64,000 nucleotides of DNA, taken from positions 70,494,001-70,558,000 of the forward strand of contig OX597831.1 in NCBI GenBank assembly GCA_951406725.2, read 5' to 3'. This document shows, in pieces, positions 50,315 through 63,069 of this stretch; position 1 is the first letter of the stretch; each line of letters starts with the position of its first letter. Made by a program: the position numbers and the translations under genes. Source of the stretch: Octopus vulgaris. Taxonomy: Eukaryota. Below the pieces are notes generated by a model. That model did not search any database, was not told the origin of the DNA, and worked only from the letters and a program-made list of their open reading frames with translations.

Positions 50315-51279
50315 TATGAGAAGCATTCCAGAAGTTTTGAGGCCTTTTCAAGAGAGGCAGTTATAACTGCCTTAGATTATTGTAATTTTAGTATATCATC
50401 CCTATACATTTAATACGCTGACCTGCCAACCGTTGTCAATCCAGATTGAAGGAAACGACTGTAACAACACTTTGAATACAACCTCCTAAACACTGCTTGT
50501 TACAGTTGGACTAGTTTACAGAATACAGTCAGAATGTTTGGAAGCTCACTAAGCAATAAAGTTTTGTACTAAACTGAGGAAAACACCACAGAAAATATGA
50601 AATGCTCCACACTGCTTATGGATTGACATTTTCACTGGCACAACAGGATCAGAAATTGTAGAGAGGAGGAGAAAGATATGATGAGAAGCATGGAAAGGAG
50701 AGGGAGATCAGAACATCAGAGCTGGTTGAGAAAATTCACAAAGTTTCTTGATGAAGACGGTTATGTGTCTGTAAAGGCAATAAACATACTTTTTGGAGTT
50801 TCTGTGGCAACTGTACGCAGAATTATTTATGTAGATCTGAACATGAGCAAAATTTGGACAAAATTTCTGAGTATCTCTGAGTATTCTGAGTATCTGAGTA
50901 TCCTAGGATACTCAGTGATGAGCAGCCTAGTAACCAACTACTTGACAGAGATGGACATCAAAACTGTCTCTTACCCTCCCTACAGTTCAGACCTTGATCT
51001 TTGTGACTTTTGGTTGATCCCCAAGCTGAAGAAGCCGAAGGAGTACCTCAGGGACAGTCATTTTAAAGACTTTGAAAAGATGGAGGCTATGATAAAAATC
51101 CTGGACGCCTTCATTTTAGAGAACTTCCATTAGGTTTTCAAAAAGTGGCTGGAGTGCTACAACAAAGGCATTAAAGTCAGAGGAGCCTACGTTGAAGGAG
51201 ATGAGAGTTTTATATTTCTTTGAAATTTGATAAATGTTGTTTTTGAAAAAGTCTGAAAACTTCTGGAATGCACCTCATA
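50315..51279 (+). mobile_element. Internally deleted mariner transposon
   Basis: TIRs TATGAGAAGCATTCCAGAAGTTTT and AAAACTTCTGGAATGCACCTCATA; YPPYSSDLDLCDFWLIPKLK. Confidence 0.88.
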
Positions 51280-51862
51280 CATACAATAAGTCACTGACAT
51301 TTACCCATATTTTACCAATCCACTAAACTAGGTAGCTATCATGGTACGGTTGAACAGTTAAAAGCAAGTATATCATATATTATCAAGTTTCTCATTGATT
51401 TGCATTACTGAGACCAAACTTTGGTATGAATAGTAACACCATCACTGCCACCCTTTTAATAAATACATTTGATTATGAAAAGTTAAGCAATCGACTGCTA
51501 ATCGCACTTCCATGAAATATAGCTACCGACTGATTGATTGATTAGTAGATAAAAAATAATGATATTTAATGAGGAGACATCAAATAAAATATATCACATA
51601 TAATTAATAGGGTTTTTTTATAATATTTTTTTTCACTTGTCTGATAAAAAAAGATTGATATTAATAATATTATATCCTTGATATCACTTAAGAATGCTTA
51701 GCTTCAATCGAGGAAACACTCATAGTGATTATATGGAACGATTTTTTTTTTTGTTTCATATATGTGTGTGTATCTATAGATATATGTGTATATGTATATA
51801 TATGTGTGCATGTATGCATATATGTATATATCTACCTAACTATCTATCTGTGTATATATATG

Positions 51863-51907
<45 letters not shown>

Positions 51908-52259
51908 GGTTTTGCCAACTTTCTCTTTATGAAGGCAGCTGAACTTGTAAGATCTTCGTGTAACCGTTTACTGGTTGCATATCCAAGTGTTTTTGCATAT
52001 ACCATCTTCAAATTATGAATATAACAATTATTATGTAACTCCAAGCTTCCTGAAACAGCTGCTGGGGTTAGAAATTATGCATTCTCTTCTCTTCTTGGTT
52101 TGTGTACTGTTTTATGCTCTGCTTAAATATATTTGTTTGTTTGTTTGTTTGTTTGTATGTATGTATGTATGTATGTATGTATGTATGTATGTATCTATGT
52201 ATGTATGTATGTATGCATGCATGCATGTATGTATATATATGTATGTATGTATGTATAGT

Positions 52260-52500
52260 TCAAATTTACAGAAAACAAAAGATGAAGATGAGTTTAGGAA
52301 CAACCAACAAGCAGGTGTATTAGTTTAACACTCAGGAAGAATGAAAAAGTTTTCAATGTTTCGAGCTTATGCTCTTCGACAGAAAGGATTAAGAAGAAAA
52401 AAAACAAAGAGAGAATGTAAAAAAAATTGAGAGAGAAAAAATTGTGTATGGATTAATGGTTCAACATGATGAAATGGCCAGAAGAGGCTGAGTGAAAGGG
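52260..52500 (-). mobile_element. Short element with a degenerate hammerhead-like motif, related to 58998-59202
   Basis: Minus strand TTT-CTGTCGA-A-GAGC-ATAA-GCTC-GAAAC-ATT at 52351-52386. Confidence 0.55.
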
Positions 52501-52719
52501 AGATAATAACAGTGACCTGAAACTAAGGTGTGCAAGTGTATATGTGTATGTTAATGGGGACCAGTGCATGTGTATGTATGTGTGGGTGAGCTTGAAATTA
52601 TCTGGGCCTGTGTGTGTGTTTGTGTATAAGTGACCCAGTGTGTGTGTTGTTTGGAGTGATGTGCATTTTGTGTATTTGTGATAGATTTGTCAAACCCATC
52701 AAAAAATCATCTTACAAGC

Positions 52720-52912
52720 CACTGGTGCTAGTGCTATATAAAAAAAGCTTCTGGCCCATTCTGTAATGTGGTTGGCATTAGGAAGGGCTCCAACCATAAA
52801 CACCATACCAAAGCAGACAGTGGAGTTAAGTACAGTCCTTTGGCTTGCCGGCTCCTGTCAAACTGTCCAACACATGCCAGCACGGAAGATGGACTTGAAC
52901 AATGATGATGAT
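52720..52912 (+). mobile_element. Family D 3' fragment
   Basis: GTGGTTGGCATTAGGAAGGGC..CATGCCAGCACGGAA..GATGATGATG. Confidence 0.7.
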
Positions 52913-52977
52913 GTGTGTTTATCTGCAATACTACCTCTCTCTCTCTCTCTCTCTCTGTCTCTTTATAAATCTATCTC

Positions 52978-53017
<40 letters not shown>

Positions 53018-53180
53018 GCAGATTAATTCTTTGTAAGCCTAATACTTATTCTATCGGTCCCTTTTGCCGAACTGCTAAGTTTTGGGGATGAAAACACATG
53101 AATATCGCTTGTCAAGTGATGGTGGGAGGACAAACACAGACACACAAACATATATATGTATAAATATATATTAGATAGAC

Positions 53181-53223
<43 letters not shown>

Positions 53224-54159
53224 CAGACAGACACAAACACACACACACACATACACACACACACACACAAACACACAGATTTCTGTTAATAGTTTTTCTT
53301 CGTTATTACAGTTCCATTTTCTAATTTCATTAGAATCAACAGTTGCCATCTCTGCTCTCAAAGTCATTGAAATAATTAGCAAAAATATACACAAGTTGAT
53401 TCGGTTCTTATACCACGATCATAAGAAAATAATGTACGAATCAATTGAGAAAGTTCTGTCACTTTTAAGATAAGCATCAGCTCTTGGAATAACTGAGGGA
53501 TTTTTAATGTAGTTTTGTACTGTTTAGCTTTTGTTTTTCTGTAATGAAAAACAGTGAATAATGTCTTCTTATAAACAATGTTAAGTCTGAAGAGTGTGAG
53601 GGTAATGATAAGGGGATTGAATTGACGATAAAGGTGTCTATGGGAATTGATTATGGTGAGGGTGGAGGTGGCATCACTGATGAAGGTGATAATCTTAGCA
53701 TAAAGTGTACCAAAGAAGACAATGGGAGCATTGATTTGGTGGTGATGATGGGGATAACGATGATGGTTGAAGATGGAAAAGGAAGGAAAAGAAGGAAAAG
53801 AAGGATAACTACTACACAGCTCCATTTTGGTTATTGTCTCAGTTTTAATAATATTATTTTGAATAAAGTAGACAGAAAGGGTTTTAGGTTTTCTTTGAAA
53901 TATTGTCTGAGAATTCCCAAAGGTTATCGCCAACAGGATCTGTATTTTTGAATTATAACCTTCTGAAATTCTTTTCTTTGTTTTTTTTTTCTTTTTATCA
54001 CTGTTTCTTTTTCTATGATTATTGCTAAATGGTGCCAAGTCAAAAAAATTAAAGCTGATTATTGGAGATGACTAAACAAGTTTAATCAAGTGTACCAGTA
54101 CTAAAGGAACAACGGTAACTGAGAAATATAGAAAGCTTTCATACAGGATGGAAACAAAG

Positions 54160-54550
54160 GCAAAGGCATAGCTATGTGGTAAGAAACTTGCTACCCAACT
54201 ACATGATTCCAGATTCAGTCCCATTGTGTGGCACCCAGGGTATCTTCTACTTTAGCCTTGGGTTGACCAAAGCCTTGTGAGTAGATTTGGTAGATAGAAA
54301 CTGAAACTTGTTGTTGTTGTTGTTGATGTGTCTATGTGTGTGTGTGTGTGTTTCTGCAATTGTCTCCACCACCACTTGACAGTCGGTGTTGGTGTGTTTA
54401 CATCCGCATAACAGCTTTTCAGCAAATGAGTTCGATAGAATAAGTACCAGGCTTAAAAGAAAAGTATTAGGGTCAGTTCAGTCAACTGAAAATTCTTCAT
54501 TCCCCAGCATGGCCACGGTTTATTGACTGAAACAAGTAAAAGATAAAAGA
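54160..54550 (+). mobile_element. SINE family A, diverged
   Basis: GACCAAAGCCTTGTGAGTAGATTTGGTAGA..GACTGAAACAAGTAAAAG. Confidence 0.8.
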
Positions 54551-54634
54551 AACTAACTTCAAGTGGTGGGCAGCATTTCCTATTGGGAATTGAAATTGGA
54601 AGTTTAGCTCTATATTATATGAAGTATGGAAATA

Positions 54635-54840
54635 TTGGTTTCAAAATTTGGCATAAGGCCAGCAGCTTTGGGGGAGGGTGTAAGTCAATTACATCGACCC
54701 CAGTGCTCAACTGGTATTTATTTTATCAACCTCCAAAAGAATGAAAAGCAAAGTCGATCTTAACAGAATTTGAACTCAGAATGTAAAGATTGGCGAGATA
54801 CTGTAAAGCATTTTCCCTGGTGTACTAACAATTCTACCAA
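54635..54840 (-). mobile_element. SINE family B, diverged
   Basis: CATCGACCCCAGTG..GAATTTGAACTCAGAA. Confidence 0.75.
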
Positions 54841-54841
54841 C

Positions 54842-55190
54842 TTTTACTCTTTTACTCTTTTACTTGTTTCAGTCAGTTGACTGCGGCCATGCTGGAGTAC
54901 CGCCTTTAGTCGAGCAAATCGGCCCCAGAACTTATTCTTTGTAAGCCCAGTACTTATTCTAGCAATGCTGGGGGGACAAAGACAGACACACAAACACATA
55001 CACACACACACACATATATATATACATATATACGACAGGCTTCTTTCAGTTTCCGTCTACCAAATCCACTCACAAGGCATTGGTCGGCCCGAGGCTATAG
55101 CAGAAGGCACTTGCCCAAGATGCCACGCAGTGGGACTGAACCCCGAACCATGTGGTTGGTTAGCAAGCTACTTACCACACAGCCACTCCT
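54842..55190 (-). mobile_element. SINE family A with an internal deletion
   Basis: Consensus match lacking the central segment. Confidence 0.9.
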
Positions 55191-58010
55191 TGCTGACTCA
55201 AATGAAGGAAATAATAATAAAAGTTTACAATGAACATGAAGTATGGAAACATTGGAAGTATTCCAAGTTCTTTACTGTTTTCTATATTGGATTGTGCTAG
55301 AATCTTCATTTGTTACACTACATCCTCTTTCAACACAGAATACTGTTATGTGATGTAATAAAAACAGTTCCTAAGTGATGAGAAGCATTTAATAGCCCCT
55401 GCTTAACTCTGGTATCAACACGTAGAATGGATGAAAGAGTTAAAATGTTCACTGGATAGGATGTTTATGTATCATTAATAACCTTTCCAAATATTAAGAT
55501 ATCTCTTGCTAATATAGACGGATAGGAGTTTATAGAATATAACATCCTGTCCAGATTGCAAATTAAATGTTTGCCATGAATTTGAACTCACAACCTGTAA
55601 ATTTATAGTCCACTAACTTATCCTGTTTACAATACACTAAACTATGTTATGCTTTTCTCTTTAACTTTGCTGCTTTGCATTGTACCTTCCTATAATTCTT
55701 CACCATACTATTTAACACATACATAAAAAAAACCCACTAAGATATGTGCAGGCTCATGTGTCTTGATAATCCATCTATCTTTAGCCTATGAAACTATTTA
55801 CAGCAACGACAACAACAATGACAATATCAACAATAATTACAATAACTACAGTATCATTATCAGCTGCAGCAACACAGTAACAGCAGCAATTATGATCACT
55901 AGTGCATGAAAGAGCAAACTAGCAACTGCAATGCAGTATGAAAGCAGGATAAATGAGAACAAACAAAAAAAAAATGTTGGTGGGCTTTGGTGACAAGTGG
56001 AAATATGGATAACCAATTGCTGTTTCAGGTTGTTTCATAGAAAGAAATAATATGCTGATTTATGGGCATGCACAATGGCTTCCTCGTGTCAGCAATTTGT
56101 GATAAAAGGGGATAATAATAATGAATTGTGCTGCAATAAAATAAAAAATAGCATTTTTGCATCCATTGTACTTTATGATATTTCTCTGATAAATTTCCTA
56201 GTGTTTTTTTCTTTGGTTTATTTTTGATTGAATTATTTCTTTTTATTTTCTTTCTTTTTTCTGGGTTTTTTTTTTTTTTGTAGTTTAACTTCTGCTTCAT
56301 TCTGAGAATTGGGTGAATTTTGCTTTCTTTTTCGATTTCTAAGTCTTTCAACAAAAGCCATATCATAAATATGCCATCATTCCACCATTGAATAATCAAA
56401 AGTAGAGTAATGAATTCTCCCTTTTAATTAATGCTAGAAAATACAAAAGAAGGCAGCAACAAGATTGGGAAATAATTGATACTGAAAATATATGAATGGT
56501 TATTAGGGTGGTGGAGTCATATAATACAATAAGATACCAGACTAGATGTAATATTTAGTTTTTTCCATCAAAGTTCTGAATTCCAGTCTCAATGGATTAA
56601 TTTTATATCTAATTCTTTCAGGGTCGATAAAATACATGACAATCAATGAAATTTAAAGTTCATTTTACTTTGTCTGATCTAATTCTTCAAGGTTTTGAGT
56701 ACATCCACTGCAGTAACAAACTTTACTTATCTCCAGCCTCTCATACAGTATGCTCTACAATATATTATTGCATCTTACAGTATTTTAAGTTCAATTTTTA
56801 TTGCAACCAAGATCACCTTTCTTTCTTCCTGGGTCAAAAACTGATGCTTGAAATGTTATTGTGATTAACGAAGAGAAAAATGTCCGTTGTGGTGGTTTCT
56901 TATGTTAATTCTGAGTTTTCTCTTGGAATCTATTTTTCATCACATCAGACTTGTCTATGGCATTCTTCATGAATGACCCGAAAAGTTCCTCTCCAAATTG
57001 TAACCCTGCCCATGAGTGTAAGTCTCCTTTCTCCATACTGCTGATCATGTCCTAGAGGAAGTTTAAAGTTAATACAACCTGGTGCTACTGTTGTCACAGA
57101 CACTGACATCAGACTACAGAGAACCAGAAAACATATCACAAGGCCACTCTTTCGATCCTCAAACAATTCCACCAAAGATTATTAACATTATATGGCATCA
57201 ATTCAATCAACCATAACCACTCTGACAAAAATTTTCTTTTTCTTAATAAACGAAACAACTATGGCATTTATCTCTGATTACTTTAACCTTTTTCTAGTTA
57301 ATCATTTTATTTTATTTTATTTTATCTTACTGTTTAAAATATTTGTTTGTTTTTGATTCAGTGTTTTCTGATGACATTTTATGGACGATTTCCTTTAAAC
57401 TTTACTACTTGGATTCTTTTTGAAAGTTTTTAAGAAACATTTCAACAACATTTTCTTTCCATCCTCACCCATTCCTAAATGTTATTCTTCCTTCTTCTTC
57501 CTTCTCATCATCATACTCCACCACCACTGCCACTACCACCACCACCACCAATATCAATATGTGGACCACCAGCATTGTTGTGACTGACATCTTTCAACAT
57601 CCACATTTTCTCTATTCCTATCAACTCTACCATCATCATGATTTCAGTTTTCATTAAGGCAGATATCTCAGACACCATCATGATCGTCATCATTCACATA
57701 CCATCATCATCACCATCATCACCGCTGGTTTATTGCTCAGTTGTTTTCAAGTGACATAACAGCTGAATAGCTAATGGATAACTAATCTATTTCCCAGCAA
57801 TATTATTTCATTTGTAAGACAGAACTATCTGGTGCTAAATTTGATACTGATTAGTTATATACATATAATGTGCTAAAAACTTATCAGAAAATATTGGAGA
57901 AATTAGTTTCTTTTCACAGAATTGATGCCCTTCTCAAAGACATTAACAACTTATACACAACCAAAATCACTACACCCGAAAATCAAAATGAAGTCATATA
58001 TATATATATA

Positions 58011-58926
58011 TCATCATCATCATCATCATCATTTAACGTCCGCTTTCCATGCTAGCATGGGTTGGACGGTTCAACTGGGGTCTGGGGAGCCCGAAAGCTG
58101 CACCAGTCCAGTCAGATCTGGCAGTGTTTCTACAGCTGGATGCCCTTCCTAACGCCAACCACTCCGAGAGTGTAGTGGGTGATTTTATGTGCCACCGACA
58201 CAGGTGCCAGACGAGGCTGGCAAACGGCCACGCTCGGATGGTGTTTTTTATGTGCCACCGACACAGGTGCCAGACGAGGCTGGCAGACGGCCACGCTCGG
58301 ATGGTGTTTCTTTTTTTTATGTGCCACCGACACAGGTGCCAGACGAGGCTGGCAGACGGCCACGCTCGGATGGTGTTTTTATGTGCCACCGACACAGGTG
58401 CCAGACGAGGCTGGCAGACGGCCACGCTCGGATGGTGTTTTTATGTGCCACCGACACAGGTGCCAGATGAGGCTGGCAAACGGCCACGATCGGATGGTGC
58501 TTGTTACGTGCCCACAGCACGGAGGCCAGTCAATGCGGTACTGGCTACGGCCACGTTTGGATGGTTTTCTTATGTGCCACGTGCCACCGGCACTGGTACC
58601 ACAAAGATACAAATTCCATTGATGTTCATCTATTTTGATTTGTTTTGATTTTCACTTGCCTCAACAGGTCTTCACAAGTGTCACAAGAAGGAAGGTATGC
58701 ACAGGTGGACTGACTACGTCCCAGGTAGGGGCCATGGGTTATGGCCTGACTAGTCTTGCCGGGTCTTCGGATGGTGTTTTTATGTGCCACCGACACAGGT
58801 GCTAGATGAGGCTGGTGAACGGCCACGATCGGATGGTGTTTGTCATGTGCCCACCGCACTGACTACAGCACTGATGGATTTCTTGTGTGCCACAGGCACT
58901 GGTACCACAAGATACAAATTCCATTG

Positions 58927-58930
<4 letters not shown>
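58011..58930 (-). mobile_element. Family D element with an expanded ~61-bp tandem array
   Basis: (CAT)n tail; five near-identical units TTTTATGTGCCACCGACACAGGTGCCAGACGAGGCTGGCAGACGGCCACGCTCGGATGGTG at ~58183-58500. Confidence 0.88.
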
Positions 58931-58965
<35 letters not shown>

Positions 58966-58997
58966 TACACATACATATATATATATATATATATACA

Positions 58998-59202
58998 TGA
59001 CCTCGTGTGTACCGTTGGCGATTTTTTTTCCTCTGTCTTCCCTTCTCTGGATCTTTCGTTCTCCTATGTTTCCGACAAAGAGCTCCGCTTGAAACGTTAA
59101 ACCCTCCTTCTTTCCTTCTTTCCTGAGCGTCCAATAATACTATATTTGTTCCACGTCCTCGCGTTGTTGTGTTTTTTTGTGCTTTCTTGTTTGGATTAAC
59201 TT
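58998..59202 (+). mobile_element. Short element in (TA)n with a hammerhead-like motif
   Basis: GTTT-CCGACAA-A-GAGC-TCC-GCTT-GAAAC-GTT-AAAC at 59068-59102. Confidence 0.6.
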
Positions 59203-59242
<40 letters not shown>

Positions 59243-59384
59243 TGTATGTATATATATTTATATATATATATATATACATATATGTATGTATATATATGTA
59301 TATATGTATATATGTGTGTGTGTGTATATATATATATATGTATGTATATATACATACATATATATGTGTGTATATATATATATC

Positions 59385-59740
59385 CATCTAAGAATCCATA
59401 AGTCAGGAAAAATATACACACAAATATTTGTCAATAGAGTGGGTATATTAGTTGAAGTGTACAATATTATATATCAATTACAGCCAATCTTACCAATCCA
59501 TTTCACAATAGGGGTTCAGCAGTGTGTTTGGTAACAGACCGATTATGTAACCCTGCACTCTTCAGAAATGGCAGTTATGGAATGAAATATGGTGCCATAT
59601 TCCATTCCATAACTGCAATATCTGAAGAGTGCATAGTTACATAATCAAGCTGTTATCTAACACTCTGTTGCACCTCTACTGCAAAACCGATTGGTAAGAT
59701 CAGCTTTAAAGGATATATAATACTGTGCACTTTGATTAAT
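59385..59740. mobile_element. Fold-back element with two opposed degenerate hammerheads
   Basis: Imperfect palindrome 59447-59740; CTGAAGA..AAAACCGATTGGTAAGAT (+, 59618-59700) and CTGAAGA..GAAATGGATTGGTAAGAT (-, 59487-59569). Confidence 0.75.
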
Positions 59741-60402
59741 CATCATCATCATCATCTTCGTTTAACGTCCGTTCTCCATGATAGCATGGGTTGGATGGTC
59801 ATATATATATGTATGTGTGTGTGTGGTTTTCTTAGAGTTTAACTTAAATTTAAATGTCTACAATATACTTAAAGTAAATATCCAGATTTGTACATATGTT
59901 ATATTTTCTAATTTTCTTTTTATTCAGTGAAGGAAGGACAATGGCATGAACCATTTGAGGGCTTCCAAAACTGGTGGGAGGATAAGAGAAATTTGTCTTT
60001 AGATATGAGACTTGATATGAATGCTTATAACAGATGTACAACACTAAGGTGATTAAAGAGTCAGGTGGTGGTATTAAACCGAGAAATGGATTAAGTCACT
60101 GATACAATCTAAATAAATGATGCATGCAGATTGGAAAAGTGTTTATGAGAAAGTTCTTGTATCAGAAATAAATCAACAAAATCACTGAGGAGAATGTTGT
60201 TCCTTACATATGAAATGAGCCATGCTATATAGCATACTCCTTCCAAGCCACGTGAGCCTGAATAAAAGGATATTGAAATTATAATCATGGAGGTGGGGTG
60301 GTCGCTTTGTTGCTCTGCACTGGACAAGCTTTGATCTAAAAGTGTTAGCAAAGATACTCCACCTGTCGTTTTCCCTGATCTCATAACTTTCTTTTTTTTT
60401 TA

Positions 60403-60793
60403 TTTTGTCAGTCATTAGACTGTGGTCATGCTGGAGCACTGCCTGGAAGGGTTTTTAGTCAACTGAATCGACCCCAGTGCTTGTTTTTTAAGCCTTGTAC
60501 TTATTCCATTTGTCTCTTTTGAACTTCTAATTTACTGAAATGTAAACACACCAACGCTGGTTGTCAAGTAGTACTGAGGGACTTACACACACAGACACAT
60601 GCACACACATACACATGCACACACACACACACACACAAAGTATGCTTCTTTCAGTTTCCACTCAGCAAATCCACTCATAAGGCTTTCATCTGCCTGAGGC
60701 TAGTAGAAGACACTTGCCCAAGATGCCACATTGAAGGACTGAGCCCAGAACCATGTGGTTGGGAAGTGAGCTGCTTACCACACAGCCATGCCT
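60403..60793 (-). mobile_element. SINE family A, diverged
   Basis: Consensus match. Confidence 0.8.
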
Positions 60794-61959
60794 TATATGT
60801 TTAGGACTACAATATTTTAACATGTCCTTCCCTTTCACAAGATAGTAGGAGGTTGAAGAAGATTTGACTATTCTCTCTAGCAATCTAGGTGATTAGCTAG
60901 AGACTTTCCTACGCTGGTGTATCATGATAATGGTTGATGTGAAATGGAAGAAGCTAGAGCAGCATGATGAAAGAGATGCAGAGGAAGCAGAGATAGATGT
61001 GTTGGGAGACGAAACTTTTTATAGCATGCATGATTCTCACTAAATTTTGTTGATTTTGTGAGTAAAATTTCAATATTCACCTTTTAAAATTTATTGTTTT
61101 TATTTCAGAAAGTTAGTTGAGCTTAAATGCTGATTCTATCGAGAAACATCTAAGTTGAATATGTTCAGTGCACATTCGTGATACAAAATTAATTATATGT
61201 TTGATTCCAACCAAAATACATATACTGCAGTGAAAAATATATATTTTCTAGAACAAATAACTGGTAGTATTATCCTTTAAATCAATCTACACCAATATAA
61301 AAGCAGTTTTTAGTTTCAGATTCAGTGGTCTGAAAAGTCAAAGGGATGGCTGATGCCTTGTTGTTGTTACAGCTGCAGCTAATGTTGATGATGTGATGGT
61401 GGTGGTGACGGTAGCAGCAGCAGTGGTGGTGGTGATGGCACTGGTGGCACTGGTGGCAGTGGCACTTACAGTAACAGTGGTAATAATGGTGGTAGGGATG
61501 ATAATAATAAGGAAGAGGATTTTGATAGTTTTATCGAAGGTGATGCTGTGGATTTTGGTAGTGATTGGATGAGAATGATAGTAATAAGAAAGATAATGAT
61601 AATAATAGTGACGAAGAAAAAGAATTGCATTTTAATTAGAATTACATTTTAATTGTCTTGTGAATTACCACTATTATCAACAGGGCCTGACTCATTATCA
61701 TCGTCGTCATCATCATCATCATTGTCATCAGGGAAGATATAATTAAATCAATCATTTTTCAGTGAGAAATTTACCTGTCACTTTTAATTTGATTTAAAAC
61801 CACGAGCTTCATATTTATATATATTTATATTCTTTTCTTCTTTTATTGGTCTCAACTAGAGTTGGAGACCATGCTGGAGCACCCCCTTTCAGTGTTTTTC
61901 GTTCTCCTTTCTGTACTGCTCTTCGTGAAGAAGCGAATTGGACAGAGCCACTCTTTTTT

Positions 61960-62940
61960 GTACCTCTTGCTGCAATATGGGTTCATCTGGATTTCAGATA
62001 GAAATTTTTCCAGGTGCTCTTTGAGAGTTTCCCCATTTACCCCTCACAAATCACTGAGATTGTTTGGTGAGATGTAATGTATCCAATCACAGGTTTAGGT
62101 GAGGCTACCCTTCCTGTCAATGCTGTTGGTGTCCTCTAACTTATGGGATATGTACCTATTCATTGCATTTTGTTGATATGGTGCCTGCTTTTCCTCCAAG
62201 CTTCTGTTTAGGTAGAGCAAGTCTAGCTTCCTTTGGGTCATATGTGACAGTTGTATTCTTAGAGTACCTTCACAGTAATTCTCCAGTTCTGAAGATGTTG
62301 TTGCTCCTACTTTTGAGTATGCATGGAATTTACTCATTTCTTTCTTTACTGTTCAGTGCGTGTTGTCTGAGTGATACAATACAACATTCAAAGGCTTTTT
62401 TGACTGACATGCCTCAACCACTATCACATCTCACATAAATCCTGTTGGTGTCGGTGTTAATATGAAAGTTACCAGTGGTGGTCAGTACCTTTCTGGTTTT
62501 GATGTCTAGGTTGCATATCTCATCGAGAGTCTAGTGCAATATACAGATGTTGGTACTAGCACTGGTACTGTAAAAGCATTGTGAGATATGGTCTTGTTAA
62601 ATGCAGATAGCTCTGAGTTCCATATTTTCCAGAGTCTACAGAAGTGCACCTTTATTTTTCTGGCTTTGGTCACAGCACCAGCATATGAAGCATTCTCATC
62701 AACTCTGATGTACTTGTAGTGCTGATCATTAGCGAAAGGGGAGATAGACAAACTGTTGATGTACATGGTCTCTGCTTGGTTGACAATCTTTCCTTGGTTG
62801 ACTATCATGTATGAGTATTTTGTCCATATGACAAAATATGAGTATCTTGTCCGTACCCCATTTCTATATCTCGTGAAAATGTCATGACTAGTTCTAATTG
62901 TCTCTTGATGTTGATCATATTACCTGAATACAATTTTTAT
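61960..62940 (-). mobile_element. R4/Dong-type LINE RT fragment, decayed
   Basis: YKYIRVDE, KIWNSELSAFNKTISHNAFTVPVL, LDIKTRKVLTTTGNFHINTDTNRIY. Confidence 0.8.
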
Positions 62941-63069
62941 GTGCATGTGCATATTATAAAGTAGTGAGAGAGGTTTATTGACTAATAACACAGATATCTT
63001 AAGCATAAGGTGTGTATTGTACAAGCTGCAGTTAGTGAGAATGCTGAATCTTGCAAATGGTAATAAGGT

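Noticed and set aside
56949-57017. 69-bp AG..GTAAGT open micro-exon (DLSMAFFMNDPKSSSPNCNPAHE)
   Set aside because: The surrounding sequence reads like a decayed LINE RT (..VSLLS.., IPPKIINII), so the splice signals are probably coincidental; RNA-seq would decide
58183-58500. CRISPR-like array of hairpin repeats
   Set aside because: The units are contiguous with no unique spacers, there are no cas genes, and the array sits inside a eukaryotic retroelement
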